Source: Vicinamibacteria bacterium
GTDB lineage: Bacteria; Acidobacteriota; Vicinamibacteria; Marinacidobacterales; Marinacidobacteraceae
Direction of reading: 5' to 3'
DNA: 64,000 nt
NCBI GenBank assembly: GCA_965199715.1
Contig: OZ241322.1
Coordinates: 1,664,001-1,728,000 of the forward strand
Shown here: piece by piece, positions 59,584-64,000 of the stretch
Position numbering within the stretch: the first letter of the stretch is position 1
Layout of the letters: each line of letters starts with the position of its first letter
The notes under the pieces: generated by a model
What the model was told of the DNA's origin: nothing
The model's input: the letters and a program-made list of their open reading frames with translations, nothing else
The model's database searches: none
Position numbers and translations under genes: made by a program

Positions 59584-60081
59584 CTACTCGGCTTCGAGCG
59601 CGGCGGACGCCTCGGCCGCGGCCGCGGCCTTCGCCCGCCGCCACTCGAGGATCCGTTCGGCGACCGCCGGATCGCTCAGCGCGACGATCTGCGCCGCGTA
59701 GTGCGCGGCGTTCTGGGCGCCCGCCTTCCCGACTGCGACCGTGCCCACCGGGAATCCCGGCGGCATCTGGACCGTCGCGAGGAGCGCGTCGAGTCCCAGC
59801 AGCGACGCCGCGAGCGGAACCCCGATCACCGGCAGGATCGTCCGGGCGGCCATGGCCCCGGCGAGATGGGCGGCCATGCCCGCGCCGGCGATGATCGCGA
59901 CCACTCCGGCGTCGCGGGCTCCCTCGGCGAGCTCGGCGGCGCGTCCCGGGGTCCGGTGCGCCGAATAGACGCCCATCCGCGACGGGACGCCGAGCGAGTC
60001 GAGGACTTTCTTGGCCTCGCGCATCACGTCGGCGTCGGACGGACTCCCCATGACGATCAGGACCTTGGGGTCAGCACTCAT
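59584..60081 (-). CDS. purE: N5-CAIR mutase / AIR carboxylase PurE
   Basis: MGSPSD, SAHRTP, AGMAAHL, VQMPPG. Confidence 0.96.
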   Translation of the reverse strand: MSADPKVLIVMGSPSDADVMREAKKVLDSLGVPSRMGVYSAHRTPGRAAELAEGARDAGVVAIIAGAGMAAHLAGAMAARTILPVIGVPLAASLLGLDALLATVQMPPGFPVGTVAVGKAGAQNAAHYAAQIVALSDPAVAERILEWRRAKAAAAAEASAALEAE

Positions 60082-60105
60082 TGGAACTCTTCCTTTCCGC
60101 GCGGG

Positions 60106-61356
60106 TCAGTCCGCGCCGATGTCTTCCCGGCGGCGCACGCCGTCCCAGTGGATGCGGTCGGCCGTGCGGTACGCGGCTCGCCGGGCGGTTTCCTGGTCGG
60201 GGCCGAGCCCGGTGACCGCGATCACCCGCCCGCCCGCGGCCTCGATCCCGTTCGGTCCGGCGCGCGTGCCGGCGTGGAACACGAAGCTGCCGTCGTCGGT
60301 CTCGACCGCGTCCGGAAGGCCGCTGATCGGGGCGCCCTTGCGGTACGCGCCCGGATAGCCGTCGGACGCGAGAATCACGGTGACCGCCTCGTCCCGGCGG
60401 AACGCGAGCGCCTCGCCCGGCAGCCGCCCGGCCGCCGCGTCCCCGAGCCAGGCCACGAGATCGCTTTCGAGCCGCGGGAGCACCGACTGCGCCTCCGGGT
60501 CGCCGAAGCGGACGTTGAACTCGAGGAGCTTCGGCCCGTCGGCGGTGAGCATCAGGCCGGCGTAGAGGATCCCGCGGTAGGGGCGCTTCTCGTCGGCGAG
60601 TCCGGCGATGGTCGGCTCGAGCACCTCGATCCGGATCCGAGCGAGGAGCTCCCCGTCGCGCGTTCCCGGACTGACGCTGCCCATCCCGCCGGTGTTGGGG
60701 CCGCGGTCCCCCTCGAAGCGGCGCTTGTAGTCGCGGGCGGTGCCGCAGAGCGCGACCTGCTCGCCGTCGCTTAGCGCGAAGACGCTCAGTTCCGGCCCGC
60801 TCAGGCGCTCCTCGAGGACGACCGTGCGGCCGGCGTCGCCGAGCGCGCCGTCCAGCAGGCGCCCGGCCTCCGCCTCGGCCTCCTCGGGGGTCTCGAGAAG
60901 GAACACTCCCTTGCCGGCGGCGAGCCCGCTGGCCTTGACGACGACCCGGTCGCCGAGCTCTCCGCTGCGCAGCGTCCGGCGCACGCTCGCGGCGTCGCGG
61001 ACGGTCCGATGGCGCGCCGTGGGGATTCCGTGCCGTTCGCAGAACTCCTTCGCGAACGACTTCGAGGACTCGAGCCGGGCTGCGTCCTTCCTGGGGCCGA
61101 GGCAGGGGATTCCTTCGGCCCACATCCGGTCGGCGAGGCCGTCGGCGAGCGGCGCCTCCGGCCCGACCACGACCAAATCCGCCTCGGCGGAACGGGCGAG
61201 CGCGACCGGGTCTCCCGCGTCCGGAACGAGTCGCGCGATCCGACCGATCCCCGGGTTGCCCGGGGCGACGATCAGCTCCTCAAGCTGGCCGCTGCGGGAA
61301 AGCGCCCATGCGAGGGCGTGCTCGCGCCCTCCCGATCCGATCAGGAGAACGCGCAC
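60106..61356 (-). CDS. purD: Phosphoribosylamine-glycine ligase
   Basis: GSGGREHAL, GLAAGKGV, GPNTGGMG, EFNVRFGDPE. Confidence 0.97.
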   Translation of the reverse strand: MRVLLIGSGGREHALAWALSRSGQLEELIVAPGNPGIGRIARLVPDAGDPVALARSAEADLVVVGPEAPLADGLADRMWAEGIPCLGPRKDAARLESSKSFAKEFCERHGIPTARHRTVRDAASVRRTLRSGELGDRVVVKASGLAAGKGVFLLETPEEAEAEAGRLLDGALGDAGRTVVLEERLSGPELSVFALSDGEQVALCGTARDYKRRFEGDRGPNTGGMGSVSPGTRDGELLARIRIEVLEPTIAGLADEKRPYRGILYAGLMLTADGPKLLEFNVRFGDPEAQSVLPRLESDLVAWLGDAAAGRLPGEALAFRRDEAVTVILASDGYPGAYRKGAPISGLPDAVETDDGSFVFHAGTRAGPNGIEAAGGRVIAVTGLGPDQETARRAAYRTADRIHWDGVRRREDIGAD

Positions 61357-61365
61357 GGCCCGCGA

Positions 61366-61560
61366 TCAGCGGGTCCGACGCCGGCGCTTCCGGGCGCGCT
61401 TCCGCGCTGCGGCGCGCTTGGCCCTCAGCTTGTCGCCGGGCTTCACGTAGAACGAGTGCCGCTTGATTTCCTTGATGATGTCCTCGGCCTGGACGCGGCG
61501 CTTGAAGCGCTTGAGAGCCGTCTCGACGGTCTCGCCTTCCTGGACAACGACTTCGGCCAA
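61366..61560 (-). CDS. rpsU: 30S ribosomal protein S21
   Basis: ALKRFKR, FYVKPG, basic tail; TTG start at 61560 after SD AGGAG. Confidence 0.93.
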   Translation of the reverse strand: MAEVVVQEGETVETALKRFKRRVQAEDIIKEIKRHSFYVKPGDKLRAKRAAARKRARKRRRRTR

Positions 61561-61599
61561 ATCTCGCTCCTGGTTCACCGGGCGAACTCCGCCCGAAAT

Positions 61600-61636
61600 G
61601 TTACGTAACCTTAGAACCGGGGTCGGAACCTGTCAA
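61600..61636 (-). promoter_or_regulatory. Sigma-70 promoter of rpsU with overlapping palindrome
   Basis: TTGACA (61636-61631), 17 nt, TAAGGT (61613-61608); GTTACGTAAC palindrome at 61600-61609. Confidence 0.7.
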
Positions 61637-61662
61637 CTTGGGCGGTACGCTCTCCCGCTCGG

Positions 61663-63234
61663 ATGCGACTCCTCGACGGCGGCCTCGCGTCCGAGCTGGA
61701 GGCGTCCGGTTGCGATCTCGCCCACGATCTCTGGTCGGCTCGCGCGCTCCTCGAGACGCCCGAAGCCGTCGCCCGCGCGCACGCCCGCTTCCTCGAGGCG
61801 GGAGCCGAGTGCATCACCGCGGCCACCTACCAGGCGAGCTTCGAGGGATTTCGCCGGCACGGGCTGTCCGACGAAGCGGCCGAGCGCGCCTTCGAGGACG
61901 CGGTCCGGATCGCGGTGCGGGAGCGCGACCGGTTCGTGCGGGAGCGCCGCTCGGCGCGGCGCCCGCTGGTCGCGGCCAGCATCGGTCCCTACGGAGCGTT
62001 CCTCGCGGACGGCTCCGAGTACGGAGAGGACTACGACGTGGACGACGCCGAGCTCGTCCGGTTCCACAAGCGGCGGCTCGCGCTCCTCGCCCGGTCCGGC
62101 GCGGATCTTCTGGCGATCGAGACGATTCCGTCGCGGCGTGAGGCCCGTTTGCTCGCCGCGCTGCACGCCCGCCTGCCCGACGCGCCGCCAGCGTGGATCA
62201 GCTTCACCTGCCGGGACGAGTCGCGCATTTCGGACGGAAACCGGGCGGAGGACGCCGCCCGCGACATCGCCCCGTGGCCCGGAATCCTCGCGGTCGGCGT
62301 GAACTGCACCGCTCCCGTGCACATCGCGCCGCTCATCCCGAAGTTCTGGCGCGGCAGCCGCAAGCCCGTGATAGTCTATCCGAACGCCGGCGGCGTCTGG
62401 GACCCGACGCGGAAGGTCTGGGAGCGCCCGGCCGCGGCCGCCGACCTTCCGGCGCTGTCCCGATCGTGGAAACGCCTCGGCGCCGCCATGATCGGCGGGT
62501 GCTGCCGAGTCGGGCCCGACGAGGTCCGCGCCATCGGCCGTGCACTGGAGCCCCTTTCCGAAATGACCATTCGCATCGGCGACCTCGCCCCCGACTTCAC
62601 CGCCCGCACGACCCACGGCGCGATCCGCTTCCACGAGTGGATCGGCGACGGCTGGGCGATCCTCTTCTCCCATCCGAAGGACTTCACGCCGGTGTGCACC
62701 ACCGAGCTCGGCCGCATGGCGGGGCTCCTCCCCGAGTTCCGAAAGCGGAATTGCCGGATCCTCGGCCTCAGCGTGGATCCGGTCGCGGACCACGAGCGGT
62801 GGAAGGCCGACATCGAGGAGACGCAGGGCCATCCGGTCGAGTACCCGCTCATCGGCGACGACGACCTCGCCGTCGCCCGGCTCTACGACATGATCCACCC
62901 GAACGCCGTGGGCGGCGGGAAGCGGACCGCGGCGGACAACATGACCGTCCGCTCGGTGTTCGTCGTCGGGCCGGACAAGCGGGTCCGGCTGATCCTCACC
63001 TACCCGATGACCACCGGGCGGAATTTCGACGAGATTCTCCGAGCGTTGGACTCGATGCAGCTCACCGAAGCGCACCGGGTCGCCACGCCGGCGAATTGGC
63101 GGGACGGGGACGACGTGATCATCGTGCCGGCGGTTTCCGACGAAGAGGCGCGGGAGGCGTATCCGGACGGCTGGAAAGCCGTCAGGCCGTACCTGCGCCT
63201 CGTTCCGCAGCCGAAGCGGCCCTCCGGTTCCTGA
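61663..63234 (+). CDS. In-frame fusion of homocysteine S-methyltransferase (MmuM-like) and 1-Cys peroxiredoxin (Prx6)
   Basis: LLDGG, GPYGA, GVNC, YPNAG, GGCC, then from Met at 62563 [26 protein letters not shown]. Confidence 0.85.
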   Translation: MRLLDGGLASELEASGCDLAHDLWSARALLETPEAVARAHARFLEAGAECITAATYQASFEGFRRHGLSDEAAERAFEDAVRIAVRERDRFVRERRSARRPLVAASIGPYGAFLADGSEYGEDYDVDDAELVRFHKRRLALLARSGADLLAIETIPSRREARLLAALHARLPDAPPAWISFTCRDESRISDGNRAEDAARDIAPWPGILAVGVNCTAPVHIAPLIPKFWRGSRKPVIVYPNAGGVWDPTRKVWERPAAAADLPALSRSWKRLGAAMIGGCCRVGPDEVRAIGRALEPLSEMTIRIGDLAPDFTARTTHGAIRFHEWIGDGWAILFSHPKDFTPVCTTELGRMAGLLPEFRKRNCRILGLSVDPVADHERWKADIEETQGHPVEYPLIGDDDLAVARLYDMIHPNAVGGGKRTAADNMTVRSVFVVGPDKRVRLILTYPMTTGRNFDEILRALDSMQLTEAHRVATPANWRDGDDVIIVPAVSDEEAREAYPDGWKAVRPYLRLVPQPKRPSGS

Positions 63235-64000
63235 GCGCCTGCCGGGCGGTCAGCCGCGCCAGCCGGACGACGTCCGCGGCGCTCGCCCCGCGCGAGAGGT
63301 CGTTCAGCGGCGCCCGGAGCCCCTGCACGATGGGCCCGGTCGCACTCGCCCCGGCGAGTCGCTCGACGAGCTTGTAGGCGAGGTTCCCGGCGCCGAGGTC
63401 CGGGAAGATAAGTGCGTTGGCGCGACCGGCGACCGGGCTGCCCGGCGCCTTGCGGTCGGCGATGGCGGGAACGAGCGCCGCGTCTCCCTGGAGCTCGCCG
63501 TCCACGACGAGATCGGGGCGCAGCGCGCGCACGCGGTCGGCCGCCCGCGCCATGCGTCGCGCCTTGTCGTGGTCGGCGCTGCCCCGGGTCGAGAACGACA
63601 GCAACGCCACCCGCGCCTCGTCGAACAGCGACTCCGCGGTCGCGGCGGTCGCGAGCGCGATCTCCACGAGATCGTCCTCGGAAGGCTCGGGAATCACCGC
63701 CGCGTCGGCGAACAGCAGCGGCTCCCGTCCGTTGGGCAACTCCATGAGGAACGCGCCCGAGACCCGCTTCACGCCCGAGCGCGGCCCGATGGCCAGGAGT
63801 CCGGCCCGGATCACCGCCGCGGTCGGGTGGACCGCTCCGGCGATCGAGCCCTCCGCCTCGCCGAGCGCGACCAGCAGATTTGCGAACACGAGCGGGTTCG
63901 AAGCGGATGCGCCGGGGCGTCGCTTCTTCAGAACGGCGGCGGCGCGGTCGAGAACTTCGCCCTCGGGCCGGACGCTCCGCACGCCGGGAAGCGCCGGTCC
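63182..64000 (-). CDS. pta: Phosphate acetyltransferase, C-terminal part (N-terminus outside the window)
   Basis: [40 protein letters not shown]. Confidence 0.92.
   Translation of the reverse strand, partial: GPALPGVRSVRPEGEVLDRAAAVLKKRRPGASASNPLVFANLLVALGEAEGSIAGAVHPTAAVIRAGLLAIGPRSGVKRVSGAFLMELPNGREPLLFADAAVIPEPSEDDLVEIALATAATAESLFDEARVALLSFSTRGSADHDKARRMARAADRVRALRPDLVVDGELQGDAALVPAIADRKAPGSPVAGRANALIFPDLGAGNLAYKLVERLAGASATGPIVQGLRAPLNDLSRGASAADVVRLARLTARQALRNRRAASAAERGAGTA

Noticed and set aside
51818-61356. Incomplete pur cluster (no purC, M, N, H, K) interrupted by rlmN and an MBL hydrolase
   Set aside because: Split pur operons are common and the missing genes are probably elsewhere in the genome.
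234-63747. Many long overlapping ORFs rich in R/P/G/A (e.g. 19946-22351 N-terminal part, 24659-27313, 41195-44593, 51152-53839)
   Set aside because: Shadow or antisense frames expected at this GC content; each overlaps a gene with clear family motifs and has none of its own.
1-64000. CRISPR array, tRNA or rRNA genes
   Set aside because: No regularly spaced repeats or recognisable tRNA/rRNA sequence were seen by eye; a tRNAscan/Infernal run would be needed to exclude them fully.

Overview
High-GC bacterial chromosomal window (about 70% by eye), most likely Acidobacteriota: it carries Oar-type TonB-dependent receptors, a CRTAC1/FG-GAP protein and an acidobacterial-type VWA protein. A host-associated (e.g. 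sponge) lifestyle is suggested by TPR, NHL and toxin-antitoxin richness, but that is inference only. Left third: partial lptD and nifU, then an envelope locus (CRTAC1, TPR, TBDR, heptaheme cytochrome-TPR, second TBDR). Both TBDR paralogs sit behind near-identical sigma-54 promoters, and the gaps between them hold a Phd-VapC module and several orphan antitoxin relics. Middle: NHL protein, APC permease with an aldo/keto reductase, a Cus-like heavy-metal efflux operon, and a decayed island (Cre-like tyrosine recombinase pseudogene, IS3 remnants, lower-GC small ORFs, a C15 tract). Right: rpoZ, peptidases, arginase, a PPIase-ypdA-iodotyrosine deiodinase-D-aminoacylase operon, purF/L/Q/S/B/E/D, rlmN, rpsU, an in-frame homocysteine methyltransferase-peroxiredoxin fusion and partial pta. 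Two window-wide signals: TAnnnT -10 boxes 6-11 nt before SD-less start codons (leaderless-type expression), and apparently AT-to-GC biased decay of pseudogenes. No CRISPR array, rRNA or tRNA was seen. All family calls are from motif recognition, with no database searches.
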